Source: a virus. Taken from it: 64,000 bases of DNA. Location of the stretch: positions 30,721 through 94,720 of IMG/VR virus record IMGVR_UViG_3300009177_000030. One strand, 5' to 3'. The notes under the pieces were generated by a model that was not told the DNA's origin, searched no databases, and saw only the letters and a program-made list of their open reading frames with translations. Made by a program: the position numbers and the translations under genes. Shown in pieces: positions 47,983 through 58,651 of the stretch (within the stretch, counting starts at the first letter, position 1; each line of letters starts with the position of its first letter).

Positions 47983-48800
47983 TAGCCACCCGTACCGATA
48001 CCCTGCTGTCCGTAGAGAAAGTCTGCCTATCCTACGGCGATAACGTTGTACTGCGCAATGTAAACCTACAGATCAATGATCTCGTGATTCCGGGACGCAT
48101 TACCGGCCAAATTGTCGGAATTCTAGGTCCCAGTGGCGTAGGTAAAACTTCACTTATCAGCATTATTGCCGGGCTACAGCGGCCGACTTCCGGGTCTGTT
48201 CTTATCGGGCGCGAGCAGTCTCCAGTACGCGCTGGAAACGTTGGTGTAGTGAGTCAGAACTACATCGTTTACCGGAACAAGGAAGTGATCGACAATTTAC
48301 TTGTGGCCGCAATGCAGGCAAAAGATAAGCCTGGCCGCAAAGAGGCACTGCAGCGCTCTGTCGACATGCTCAGCGATTTCGGGCTACTCGACAAAGCCCA
48401 CCTTTACCCGGCGCAACTATCTGGTGGCCAACGCCAGCGTGTGGCAATCGCTCAGCAGATTTTAGCCAGCGGCGATTTTCTTGTCTTCGACGAACCTACC
48501 GCCGGGCTGGACCCGGCTTCGAAGGACAAGACATGCGAACTGATTACGCGGTTGGCGCATCGCTCCGAAACCGAAACGATATTGATCGTTAGCCACGACA
48601 TCCCGTCTGTGGTCGCACTCTGCGACACTATCGTCCTGATGGGCCGATCCAAAGACCAGCCGGGCGCCAACGTGGCCGCTGAGTTGGACATGATCTCTCG
48701 TGGGTTGGTTCTAAATGGTGGCGGCGTACACAGTCTGCGCCGTAAACCTGAGTTCCGGGAGACCGTGGATGAGATTCAGGATATGTTTGCAACTTTATAA
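47979..48800 (+). CDS. ABC transporter ATP-binding protein
   Basis: GPSGVGKT, LSGGQRQR, LVFDEP and VSHD. Confidence 0.95.
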   Translation: MIATRTDTLLSVEKVCLSYGDNVVLRNVNLQINDLVIPGRITGQIVGILGPSGVGKTSLISIIAGLQRPTSGSVLIGREQSPVRAGNVGVVSQNYIVYRNKEVIDNLLVAAMQAKDKPGRKEALQRSVDMLSDFGLLDKAHLYPAQLSGGQRQRVAIAQQILASGDFLVFDEPTAGLDPASKDKTCELITRLAHRSETETILIVSHDIPSVVALCDTIVLMGRSKDQPGANVAAELDMISRGLVLNGGGVHSLRRKPEFRETVDEIQDMFATL

Positions 48801-49172
48801 AGGAGAAAGCCATGAAAGTATTGAAGTGCAAGAAATGCGGCGACTGTGCTCATTGGGAAGTAATCCAGCGCGAGGGCGAAACGAGCCTGAAGAGCGTCAC
48901 ATGCAAGGGCGAGTATAAGGCCACCGTGACGGTTGACCCGCACGAGCATCTGCATTACGTGAAGCATGCGGAGTGACACCGACCGCATAAACGCATTAGA
49001 ATCCTTCGCCCCGCCAAACAGCGTGTGGATCAGAAACCAGGTGCGGGATAAGTTGATTTTAAGCAACGTGGTGGTGCCTGTGCGGCCGGTTCCGAGAGGA
49101 TACGCGGTGGATTTTCGGGTGCCGTTTTGGGAGACGTTGAGAGAGGCGATTGATGGATTTGAGGAGACGTAA

Positions 49173-49898
49173 ATGACACAGGTACCAGTAGACGAAAATA
49201 TCTTGCCCGGCGAGACAATTACCACCGCCGCGCACAAGGCTCTGGAGTTGCTGGCAACATATGGCGATCAAGACGTGGAGATCACATTCACGTTCAACGA
49301 CACGCCTGCGTTCGCTCGCAAGGGGGATACGGCAGAGGTGGTAGTTGAACGCTGGTCCGCTGACATGGAAGCGGCGTCGAAAGCCTACCGGGAATCGCCG
49401 GAGTACATCGAGCGCCAAAAACGGGAAGCCGAAGAACTGGAGCGCAAGACGAACGCGGTTATGCTGGAGTCCGCTACGGGCGAGACGGCAATGCGAGACG
49501 CCTCCGTTCCGTGGCCCTACACCATGAAGCAACTCGCCGAGTATGTGGAGTCGGTCACGAAACGCCAACACGACTACGGAACCTGCGTATACGCGATGAG
49601 CATGGCTGCAACTGCTGCGTTCTACTACGTCGCGCACCAGTTGGGCGTCACCGGGTTTCAGTCGTCCTGCGCGGACATGGACATCCTCCGGCGCACGCGG
49701 TCAATCAAAGGACCGTGGATGATCCTCAAAGCCGAAGATGCGCTCTATCCACAGTACGATCTGAAGGCGAAACTTTCAGAGATGCTGGAGTCGGGCGAGA
49801 CGAGGCAATGGCTCAAGGAAGAAGCCACTAAGAAATTGGCAGAAAACGCTGGCGCTCATCCGAACGTTATCGCGCATTGGAAGAAACTGGCCGAATAG
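49173..49898 (+). CDS. Phage hypothetical protein (HDYGTCVYA, GVTGFQ)
   Basis: GAGGAG RBS; 241 aa. Confidence 0.7.
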   Translation: MTQVPVDENILPGETITTAAHKALELLATYGDQDVEITFTFNDTPAFARKGDTAEVVVERWSADMEAASKAYRESPEYIERQKREAEELERKTNAVMLESATGETAMRDASVPWPYTMKQLAEYVESVTKRQHDYGTCVYAMSMAATAAFYYVAHQLGVTGFQSSCADMDILRRTRSIKGPWMILKAEDALYPQYDLKAKLSEMLESGETRQWLKEEATKKLAENAGAHPNVIAHWKKLAE

Positions 49899-50126
49899 CC
49901 ATGTACGAACCATCCGAAGACGAAACCGCAAGGCGCCAGATCCGGTACGACTACGACGAGCGGCAGGAAGAGATAAACCACGGCATTTACCCCATCGTGG
50001 TGCATCGCGGGAAGGCTCCGGCACCTGTGAAGTTGGGGTGGTGGAAGCGGTTTACCTTGCGTTTTCGTGGCGTTTTGAAGTAGACTTGAATTCGAGCGCA
50101 GACCAACGGATCGCCACCGCTGCCTC

Positions 50127-50927
50127 ATGCTAGCCACCGGCCTGGATTTGGATCTCCTCATCTGGACCAGGCCTGCTAGCACCCCGAGGATAAAAATGTT
50201 TTCACCCGCCGAGATCGGTAGTCGAATCGTTGCCGATAACCAGAAGAATGATCACTTTACCGCTGATCCTATATTCATGGTCCAGAAGTTGCACCGGATC
50301 TTTGGAATCGATACCGGGTTAACGGATAACGTCCTGTGGCAGCACGGCGACGAATATACGGAACTTCCGGTTAACCTCACTGAGGCATGTGAGGCATTTT
50401 ATCAAGAGAACTTTCTAGCCCCGGTCTGTATTATGGACGGCGTTCTCTATGGTCGCGGCGACGAACTACCGGATACCAGTGAAGTAGACGAGTACTTTTC
50501 CGACATTCGGCGCATCGGATATTACGATGAGTGGGATAACGTCCAGCCATTTTTCACCAAGGCTGGCGCTGAGCGGTACATCGAAGAGAACGGCCACAAC
50601 CTGAAGAAACCGCGCATTTACGTGGAGTGCGCCTATCGAAACCGGGAATGGCTGGCGATGCGAAAGCACCTTATCGGATGCTCGCGAGCTCTGGAATTAG
50701 CACTAGCCATCGAACGCCACTGCCCCTGCGGCGCCCGGCCTGAATCACCAAATACCCATGCCCACGTTCCTGGCTGTGAGGTGGCCGAGCTTATTCAGGT
50801 ACTGGGTGGGGAGTGCGCTACTGTAGCGGGAAATTATCAGAAGGCGGTAGAACCCGATTGTTACCCTGACACTAAAAACCTCAGGCTCAAAGCCCAATTG
50901 GCTGAAGCATCGGGGGCGACGGCGTGA
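50127..50927 (+). CDS. Phage accessory protein (TADPIF...FFTKAGAERYI...YRNRE)
   Basis: Long ORF; true start probably the internal MFSPAE. Confidence 0.65.
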   Translation: MLATGLDLDLLIWTRPASTPRIKMFSPAEIGSRIVADNQKNDHFTADPIFMVQKLHRIFGIDTGLTDNVLWQHGDEYTELPVNLTEACEAFYQENFLAPVCIMDGVLYGRGDELPDTSEVDEYFSDIRRIGYYDEWDNVQPFFTKAGAERYIEENGHNLKKPRIYVECAYRNREWLAMRKHLIGCSRALELALAIERHCPCGARPESPNTHAHVPGCEVAELIQVLGGECATVAGNYQKAVEPDCYPDTKNLRLKAQLAEASGATA

Positions 50928-51424
50928 ATATGGCACCCCGCCGAAACACGTTATGGCTCGACGATATACGCCTGGCAGAACGCCCCGGCACCGAACACGA
51001 AGGCATCGTAGCGCGGGAGATGCTAAAGAAACTGGAGGCTAAATCAGGCTCATTCGCTGACAAGCTTCGCAACGGCACATTGAAATCCTTCGAAGAGATA
51101 CTGCGTGAGCATGGTGTTCCAACTGATGTAACGTGTCCTTGCGGGAAGTCACGGAAGATTTTTGCTGGTCTGTGCCCGAACATCTCCGGCCACATGGAGA
51201 TCAACGCAAAGATCCGCGATACTTTCACGCGCGGCGACCGGGTTTTTTACAACTATTGGGCGTATCCACCAAACTGCCCGGGGAAGATTGCGCGGCACGT
51301 TCCGCTCGGGCGTGAGTCTACTTGGCATTGGATATCGGTGAAGTTCGACCATCTCAAGAATGCCCGGCAGGTTCCGATTTTGAATGATGCCGGGGTTTGG
51401 TGTTTGACGAAGGAGCGGAAGTGA
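50924..51424 (+). CDS. Hypothetical protein
   Basis: GTGA coupling; 166 aa. Confidence 0.6.
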   Translation: MNMAPRRNTLWLDDIRLAERPGTEHEGIVAREMLKKLEAKSGSFADKLRNGTLKSFEEILREHGVPTDVTCPCGKSRKIFAGLCPNISGHMEINAKIRDTFTRGDRVFYNYWAYPPNCPGKIARHVPLGRESTWHWISVKFDHLKNARQVPILNDAGVWCLTKERK

Positions 51425-51814
51425 GCACCCCCGCCGCAGTAGCCCAACGAGCACTGGAAGACGGCCAGACGCAAGCCCTCATCGGTGAGGAGTTCCAAGC
51501 GTTGAAGATTCTTCTATCCGCGCTCCACCACATCGCGTCCGGCGGTAAGCGCGATGCTGAGAGATGGGATGGGCTGAGGTTAAATTCATGACCCAAATCC
51601 AACGTATGGACCGCCCGGTATCCATCACCCTCCCGAGCGCGGACTGGGATATCATTCAGGGGCTGCTTACCGGCGAGCGTAACGCGGTACGGGATGAAGG
51701 AACCAGGCCGGAGTATTTGAAGACTTTGTAACGCATTAGACAAACCCTCATAGACGGTAACCCGTAAGATGTATAATTCATTTGTCACGGACCGGTTGAT
51801 CACCACCGAGACAC

Positions 51815-51878
51815 GCAGGGGAGCCAGGCCGGTAACGTCCTTACCGTTCCGGCCCTCACCTGCACGCCCGTAAGGAGG
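51815..51878 (+). promoter_or_regulatory. 5' leader hairpin whose loop is complementary to the Shine-Dalgarno (H-type pseudoknot)
   Basis: Loop TCCTTAC 51838-51844 versus GTAAGGA 51870-51876. Confidence 0.6.
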
Positions 51879-51883
51879 CAAAA

Positions 51884-52165
51884 TTGAAGGTTTCAAATTG
51901 GAAGTCTATTAACAAAAACAGCCTGATCGGCTCTTTCGACCTGGAACTATCTTCCGGGTTTTTTATTCAGGGCGCAATGCTCCTGGGTAAGGAAGGACGC
52001 CAGTGGATCTCATTTCCCGGGATCCCAATGTACAAAGACAATCAGCCGATGATGAAGGACGGTAAACAGCAATACCGTAACGTCTTTTCTATCCCGGACC
52101 GCGAACGCCGTGACAAATTTTCCGAACAGGTAATTTCAGTACTTCAGTCTGCGGGGCATCTCTGA
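51884..52165 (+). CDS. SpoVG/PC4-like putative ssDNA-binding protein
   Basis: AAGGAGG RBS and TTG start; WISFPG...KDGKQQYRNVF. Confidence 0.6.
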   Translation: MKVSNWKSINKNSLIGSFDLELSSGFFIQGAMLLGKEGRQWISFPGIPMYKDNQPMMKDGKQQYRNVFSIPDRERRDKFSEQVISVLQSAGHL

Positions 52166-52169
52166 TTCT

Positions 52170-55112
52170 GTGCCAACCGTCCTCCGTCCAGACATCGATG
52201 AAATCCGCCGGTCAGTCGCCCTCTTCATGGAGCCGGGCGGCATTGTGGAACTTCGTGTGCCGAACGCCGGATTTGATGGCACGATCTCGGGATACTTCGC
52301 AGATACCGAAAAGCTGATTCAAGCGGCTGTCGCGGTAAATGGTAAAGGACCGGGCGTCTATGTCACGATCAATCGGATCAAGACTGATCTGCTAGCTCGG
52401 GCGGCTAACCGGACGCAAACCAGAGCAAAAAACACGACTGGCGATGATGACGTTCTGCGTAGACGCTGGCTGTTATTGGACTTCGACCCAAAGCGTCCCT
52501 CGGGAATATCCAGCACTGAATCTGAGCACGACGCAGCTCTGCAGGTCGCTCATAGCGCCAAAGACACCCTTGATATTTTAGGCTGGCCGGTTCCCATCCT
52601 GGCTGATTCCGGTAACGGCGGCCATCTTCTGTACTCGATCGATCTCCCCTCAAAGGAATCGACAGAACTGCTCAAGGGACTCCTGAAGGCCGCCGCGGTC
52701 AAGTTCGGCACGCCGGAGGTGACGGTTGATGTCTCAGTCTTCAACGCCTCCCGTATCTCCAAACTCTACGGCACCGTAGCAGCCAAGGGCGACTCTACCG
52801 CCGATCGGCCGCATCGGCTGAGCCGAATGCTGGATATCCCGGAAACCTTAGAACCGGTTAGTTTTAAACTCCTCGAGGATTTCGCTGGCAAGCCAGAACC
52901 TCCGCCGCAACGAGCGCCGTCTCACTCTACCAGTTTCAATCTTGGAGACTGGATATCCCGCCATGGGGTGCAGGTTCACCGCGGCCCCGTGCCGGATAAC
53001 GGATCTGATAAATGGGTGCTCAAAGCATGTCCGTTTAACCCGGACCATACGGCGCCGGATGCAGCGCTGTTTCAAAATCCCTCCGGAGCTCTGATTTTCA
53101 AGTGCTTTCACTCATCCTGTGCTGATAAGAAGTGGCAGGATTTTCGCGCGGTATATGAGCCTGAATCCGTAAATCGGGTTAGTCGGCAACAGAGGGTTAA
53201 TGGTTCGCCGGCATACAGCGGAACTTCCAGTGCTGTTCCGGCTCCAGTTCCGGAACAGCCAGAACCCCAAACTCCGAAAACTCAGTCAGCACTTGAACGC
53301 GCCGAGGAACTTCTCAACGCCGCCATTGATTCCAAAGATCCGATGATGATTCTCGGTGTAGGTTTAACCCCCTCAGAACTCATTCAAGCCCTCGCACAGA
53401 ATGAAATCAGCAAAACTCAGCGGGTTGAGGCTAAGTCCAGAATAAAGAAGAATTTCAAGGCTATTGACGTTTCTCTTCGTGAATTTGACACTCGATTAGC
53501 TGATGAAATTCAAAAAAACCGCGGGCTGTTCGCGGTAGAATTTCAGCCGGCAGTATCTGGGCTGCCTCAAATCATGACTACCTCCCGGCAATTGCGGGAT
53601 ATAACTTCAGAAGCCCTCGCTACAGTAAATCCTCCAGACGCTCCCGTTATTTTTATTCGTTCCGGAGATCTTGTTCATGTGGTCAGGGACGAAGGCGGCA
53701 GGCCATCCGTATCGCCAGCTTCGGAAACGTGGATACGAAGTGTTCTCGCACGCTCGGCTGACTGGATGAAGTACAACCAGTTTGGCGAAGTAAAGCCAAC
53801 CTTCCCCCCTATGGATGTAGTTCGGGACATGTCCGTGCTGAGCGATCTTCCGTTTCCGGCCCTCACATCGGTTACTGAAGTTCCAACCCTTAGCCCTGCC
53901 GGGACGATTATCAGTGAGCCCGGGTACGATCAGGATTCAGGGGTTTATTATGCTCCTTCTCCAAACCTGAAACACTTTCCACTTCCGGCTGACCCCACTC
54001 GAGAGCAGGTCAGCGCGGCCATTGAAAATATCAATGATGCGATTGGCGAATTCCCGTATGAAGATGAGGCCAGCCGCGCTAATGTGTTTGGACTGCTGTT
54101 AACTCCCGTACTCCGTCCGTCTATCATCGGATGCACGCCATTGGCTGTAGTAGACGCGCCGCAAGCCGGCACCGGTAAATCTCTCCTGATTGACGTCCTG
54201 TCGATCATTACCACCGGGCGCCCATCGGCCATGGTCCCTTACCCGTACAAAGAAGAGGAAATGCAAAAACAGATCGGTGCAAGCCTTGCCGCCGGCCGTC
54301 AGCTTATTGCGTTCGACAACCTCGAGGGAGAACTACGATCTCCATGCTTGGCATTGGCTCTGACCGCTAAAGAATACGAAGCCCGTATTCTGGGATTCTC
54401 TCGCAATATGACCGTCCCGAACGTGTCCACCTGGATCGTCACCGGCAATAATATCCGACCCGCCGGCGACATGCCGCGGCGCTGCTATCAAATCCGCCTG
54501 AATGCTAAACAGGCAGTTCCTTATCGCGGACGGGAATTCAAGCACCCAGACCTGCTGAAGTGGGTATTTTCCAATCGCTCAGAACTCCTTCACTCGCTGT
54601 TGGTTATATCTCGATTCTGGTTCTCCCGAGGATGTCCTGAAGGAACTTCAGGGCCCGCTATTGGATCGTTTGAGGACTGGCACCGAAAGGTGAGTGGTAT
54701 TCTCCGCGCTGCGCAAGTGAAGGGTTTTCTCGCGAACTATACGGCATTCATTGAGCAGGAAGATGAATCTCCGCGGCAGTGGGAGGGTTTTCTGGAACAG
54801 TTGCACGAAACCCTGCCAGGCGGAGAAGACAAATCTTGCTCGGGGTGGTTCGCGGTTTCAGACTTGCTCCCAATGATAGGCGGAACAATGTCATCGCCCT
54901 TGCGAGATTGCATTCCGGCTGAAATTGCAGACTGCCTGGATCGCAAGGTTAACCACCTGATCGTTATTGGAAAGATGTTTCGCTCTCGGCGAGAACGCCG
55001 GTTCGGCCCGTACTGCCTCGAGCGAAACACTGAGGATGGGAAGCACAAAGGCGCTGCCTCTTGGCGAGTTCGGAAGCACGCTCCTGGTCAACCCGACACG
55101 GATTCGTTATAA
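52170..55112 (+). CDS. Primase-helicase (primase-like N-terminus, Zn domain, C-terminal P-loop helicase)
   Basis: LLDFDP, DSGNGGHLL, RISKLYGT, CPF..DH...CFHSSC, PQAGTGKS, AFDN and VTGNN. Confidence 0.85.
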   Translation: MPTVLRPDIDEIRRSVALFMEPGGIVELRVPNAGFDGTISGYFADTEKLIQAAVAVNGKGPGVYVTINRIKTDLLARAANRTQTRAKNTTGDDDVLRRRWLLLDFDPKRPSGISSTESEHDAALQVAHSAKDTLDILGWPVPILADSGNGGHLLYSIDLPSKESTELLKGLLKAAAVKFGTPEVTVDVSVFNASRISKLYGTVAAKGDSTADRPHRLSRMLDIPETLEPVSFKLLEDFAGKPEPPPQRAPSHSTSFNLGDWISRHGVQVHRGPVPDNGSDKWVLKACPFNPDHTAPDAALFQNPSGALIFKCFHSSCADKKWQDFRAVYEPESVNRVSRQQRVNGSPAYSGTSSAVPAPVPEQPEPQTPKTQSALERAEELLNAAIDSKDPMMILGVGLTPSELIQALAQNEISKTQRVEAKSRIKKNFKAIDVSLREFDTRLADEIQKNRGLFAVEFQPAVSGLPQIMTTSRQLRDITSEALATVNPPDAPVIFIRSGDLVHVVRDEGGRPSVSPASETWIRSVLARSADWMKYNQFGEVKPTFPPMDVVRDMSVLSDLPFPALTSVTEVPTLSPAGTIISEPGYDQDSGVYYAPSPNLKHFPLPADPTREQVSAAIENINDAIGEFPYEDEASRANVFGLLLTPVLRPSIIGCTPLAVVDAPQAGTGKSLLIDVLSIITTGRPSAMVPYPYKEEEMQKQIGASLAAGRQLIAFDNLEGELRSPCLALALTAKEYEARILGFSRNMTVPNVSTWIVTGNNIRPAGDMPRRCYQIRLNAKQAVPYRGREFKHPDLLKWVFSNRSELLHSLLVISRFWFSRGCPEGTSGPAIGSFEDWHRKVSGILRAAQVKGFLANYTAFIEQEDESPRQWEGFLEQLHETLPGGEDKSCSGWFAVSDLLPMIGGTMSSPLRDCIPAEIADCLDRKVNHLIVIGKMFRSRRERRFGPYCLERNTEDGKHKGAASWRVRKHAPGQPDTDSL

Positions 55113-55261
55113 GCCTTAATGGCCGCGGTCCGACTAATCCCCAACCGCTTAGCAATCTCCTCCCACGTCCACCGCTCCGGCGCCCGTCTGAGGTCGACCA
55201 CCGCTTGAGGGTCTATCTGTAACCGCGGCCGGCCGGGTTTACGCTTTATCGTGCTCGACAT
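55088..55261 (-). CDS. Small HTH protein (GRPR + WTWEEIAKRLGISRTAA)
   Basis: 57-aa ORF translated by hand; below the ORF-track cutoff. Confidence 0.6.
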   Translation of the reverse strand: MSSTIKRKPGRPRLQIDPQAVVDLRRAPERWTWEEIAKRLGISRTAAIKAYNESVSG

Positions 55262-55733
55262 ATCTCACCATGCCCAACCGCTGAGCGATTTGACCCAGCG
55301 GGAATTTATTCTTGTGGCGCGACCAGAAACCTCTGCAGCATGCTGTGTCTGAGTGATGACAGATCCGATGGCCTACAAAACCGCCGTACGGATCGGCTAT
55401 CTGGCGTTCCAGCGCCTTCAGATCCAGCGGGCTATCTTTGCGGTATATGCAGGTTGCGCACTGGCGTTTTTGGACTTCGAAGCCGGTCACAGGTGCCACC
55501 ACTCTGCCGTCGCCACCCACACAACCAGCATCACGGCAATACCAGCCCACACCCACGGCCACCGGTTCCGCTTCCGCTTCGCCCCTAGCATCTCGACACC
55601 AGAACCGCTGCGTATATCAGCAGCACTATCACCCACAACGCGAAACCAGTCTTCCGCACGTGGCACCTGAACCAATGCTGCGGGGTGAGTTTCGCCGCCC
55701 TTCCGTGGAGGTGCCAGCATACGCGACAGTGGG

Positions 55734-56099
55734 TCATCTTGGCACCCCGGTAATACCGGGCATGTCGCCTCCGGAAACCATTATTGCGTCGGCGTATGCC
55801 TCTCGGAACGGCTTCGTTGCCTCATTCATGAACGCGCCGATAACGCGATTAAGTTCGTGTTCGAAGTAGCGTAGTGATTCGTATTCGTCGATCATCTCGC
55901 GGATTTCGGATGGGTGGTCGTAACCATCCTTACCTTCCCGGACCATCCTGTCCCGATCAGCGTCTATTGCCGCCTGTATTGTGGCCTTCAGTTCAGCGGA
56001 ACGTCGTTCGGCAATCGTTACGAACTTCTTGCGAAACTCCGTCAGCAAATCGAGTGCTGATGGACCCTCGAATCCGCGCATTGCTTCTATTGCGTTCAT
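55734..56099 (-). CDS. Hypothetical early protein
   Basis: ATGA-coupled minus-strand run. Confidence 0.6.
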   Translation of the reverse strand: MNAIEAMRGFEGPSALDLLTEFRKKFVTIAERRSAELKATIQAAIDADRDRMVREGKDGYDHPSEIREMIDEYESLRYFEHELNRVIGAFMNEATKPFREAYADAIMVSGGDMPGITGVPR

Positions 56100-56361
56100 C
56101 CCTCAGCCCTCCTTATCACATCCCGCGCCCGGTCAAACTCCACCGTTGCGCGGTCAGCCACAGCCACCACGCCTTTCAGAGCCTCCAGCATCTCAGCACG
56201 CAGATCCGGCTCAATCTCTCCCGCTACGATTGCGCGCTGGATGATTTGTTTCGTTTCGATGGCCTCTGCTAAGCGTGACGCATTAGAGGGCGTCTGGAGC
56301 ATGTGTATTTCGGCCAAGACGAAACGTTCGGCTGACTTCAAAGCACTTAACTGTAAACTTT

Positions 56362-56685
56362 TCATTTGTACGCCGCCTCTCCCTCGCAAGCCTTAATCTC
56401 TGCGTCCGTCAACGGCTTCAGCGCCGCCAGCCGCCGCATATGCCGGTTCCACTCTTCACCGTTCACAGCACCGTTCAGGCGGTTTACGGGACACACCACC
56501 TTGGCTTCCGTTCCCCATCGCAGGTAGGGACGCTCAAACAGGATTTCCGCTTTGTCCGGCTTGTTGATCGCTGAGACGATAGCGGACGCGTCCAGGTCCA
56601 GCCTTGCAGCCGTGCGGGTGATTTCCTCGCTCACGCGCTTTACGTGGTTCTCTCTGACTTCGCCCTGCAGTTCTTTACGTGCCAT
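56362..56685 (-). CDS. Hypothetical early protein
   Basis: 107-aa ORF. Confidence 0.55.
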   Translation of the reverse strand: MARKELQGEVRENHVKRVSEEITRTAARLDLDASAIVSAINKPDKAEILFERPYLRWGTEAKVVCPVNRLNGAVNGEEWNRHMRRLAALKPLTDAEIKACEGEAAYK

Positions 56686-57841
56686 ACTTTTCTGCGGATC
56701 CTCAACCGCTTACCTCTTTACTCTCCCCGCATTCCTCCGGGCCAACCCCACCTCGAGCAGCCCGACCGCTTCACTGTACCTGTCTTCCGGCACGTACCAG
56801 ACGCCGCGGTCGTAGATACCGCCTAATGCGCGTAGCTCGCGCCTCACATGCCAAGTTTTGCCGGTTATCCGCCTCACCAGTCACTATCCCGCATCGGGTA
56901 CCCAGTTCCGCTGCAAATATCTCGTACGTACTCCTCAGCCTCCGGCGTCAGTTTAACGCCATTCTTTCGAGCCTCAGCCAGATCTGCCTGCATTTGCAAC
57001 GAGCCGTTTCGTTTTACGTCTTCTTTCAGGATGTCCAGCGTTATGCAGCCTGTGGCGAGGTCCGTTATTACCGGCCGCTTGGGGAATTCGCAGACCTCGC
57101 CCGATCCGCTGGCTACCCAATCCTGTTACCGGGCTGTTACCCGGAACCTCCTCAGCCGGTAACGCTGGGGTAACAGTTTTCTGTGCTGCAGCCCTTTAAC
57201 TGTCTACCTATGGCGTTATACAGGGCTATTTCTGACCGGGCGGATTTGCGTTTACGCATATTTCCTCGATATTTCCGCTGCCTCAATAGCAGCGCGTACT
57301 TTCTGAGGTGATTTCCCTGTCTCTTTCGCTACGCGTCGGACTGTAGCCTCGTATTCCAGATTCCCTGCCTTGCGCCGCAACCAGTCTGCTACGCGTTTAC
57401 GGGAATCAGACTCGCCGTCCGTGCCTTCGTTCACGTCGAGCCATTCCGCGGCTGTCCGTAGATCTTCCGAGAGAGGCTGGCTCATATCCTCCCCTCCAGC
57501 AAATCATCCACCCGCGCGCTCAGAACGATTCCGAACATAGCGCCATTGTCGATATTAACGATCTCCCGAAAGTCTCCGCTTTGGCTCAGTTGAAATTGCG
57601 CTTCTGATTCGACGGTCCCCTGCCACACACACCCGCCATTCCCGCGCGACCACAGGAAATTCCACTGGGAGAGGGTGAGGTTACGCATTTACGACCTCAC
57701 ACATCGCCACGCTGACGACACCCTGCACCCAACGCTGAATTTCAAGCTGCAGCAGCCCGTTAGCCATGCGGTCGCGGCCTGTTGCTACGTTCAGCGCGTT
57801 AACGGCGGAGTGCTCCCGTAGCCATTCGAGCATTTCGTCGC

Positions 57842-58201
57842 TCACTTCGTCACCTCCGCCAGTTTCGCTTCCATCGCCGTACCCGCCTGCGTGAGGTATT
57901 CTCCCAACATCGGAGTATCCTCAGTCAGCATCGATTTACCGATCGCGTAATAGATCGGGCGCGCGGCAGACGACATCAGGCTAGCCCGCTCTGCTTCCAT
58001 GCACTCCGATAGCGCTTTAGTGAGCCTGACCTGAACCGACATAAGCGCCTGCAGCCGCGCGTAGCTGTCGTATTCGTGGTTCAGGGACTCTACCAGTTCA
58101 CAGGCGATACCCTGCACATCGCGCGACGCCCACGCGCCGAACGGGATCGCGTTAATTGCTTCCATGGCCTTGTCGACCGCTTGCGGGATGCCTTTACGCA
58201 T
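57842..58201 (-). CDS. Hypothetical early protein
   Basis: 119 aa; coupled to neighbours. Confidence 0.55.
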   Translation of the reverse strand: MRKGIPQAVDKAMEAINAIPFGAWASRDVQGIACELVESLNHEYDSYARLQALMSVQVRLTKALSECMEAERASLMSSAARPIYYAIGKSMLTEDTPMLGEYLTQAGTAMEAKLAEVTK

Positions 58202-58601
58202 TTACAGCCTCGTTCAGTTCATCAAACACCCCGGGATAATCGCGGCGTGCGCAAAAATCCCCCAACAGAACCGCCCAAACGCATTGCTGACAGTGAGACT
58301 CAACGAACGAGATCACGTCATCAGTGCGGTATTCCTGACGCTCCCCGGCGGTGAACCAATCCCAGATAGATTGGCAGGCTTGCCGCAGGCACAGCTCGTA
58401 GCGCTTGCGTTTGCTGATGTGCTGGCCGGTGCGCTCGTAATGAGCGGTCAGTTCCCGGATGTTCGATAGCACCGAGGTTTCCGACCTCCCGGTCAGCGCC
58501 GCAAACATGCGGGCGAAATCGAAGTCTATGCCGTAGTTAGATGTGGTCTCGTGCAACCGCTCGATGATTGCTTCGCGCGGGTCTTTCTGTGTGTTTTCCA
58601 T
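58194..58601 (-). CDS. Hypothetical early protein
   Basis: GAGG RBS; 135 aa. Confidence 0.6.
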   Translation of the reverse strand: MENTQKDPREAIIERLHETTSNYGIDFDFARMFAALTGRSETSVLSNIRELTAHYERTGQHISKRKRYELCLRQACQSIWDWFTAGERQEYRTDDVISFVESHCQQCVWAVLLGDFCARRDYPGVFDELNEAVNA

Positions 58602-58651
58602 TTCCTCGCCTCCTCAAGCGATCCCGGGGATTACCCCGGATTTTACAACTC

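Noticed and set aside
57120-57180. CTGTTACC/GGTAAC direct and inverted repeats as a recombination site or frameshift signal
   Set aside because: The repeats are short and the surrounding small ORFs ambiguous; no function can be supported.
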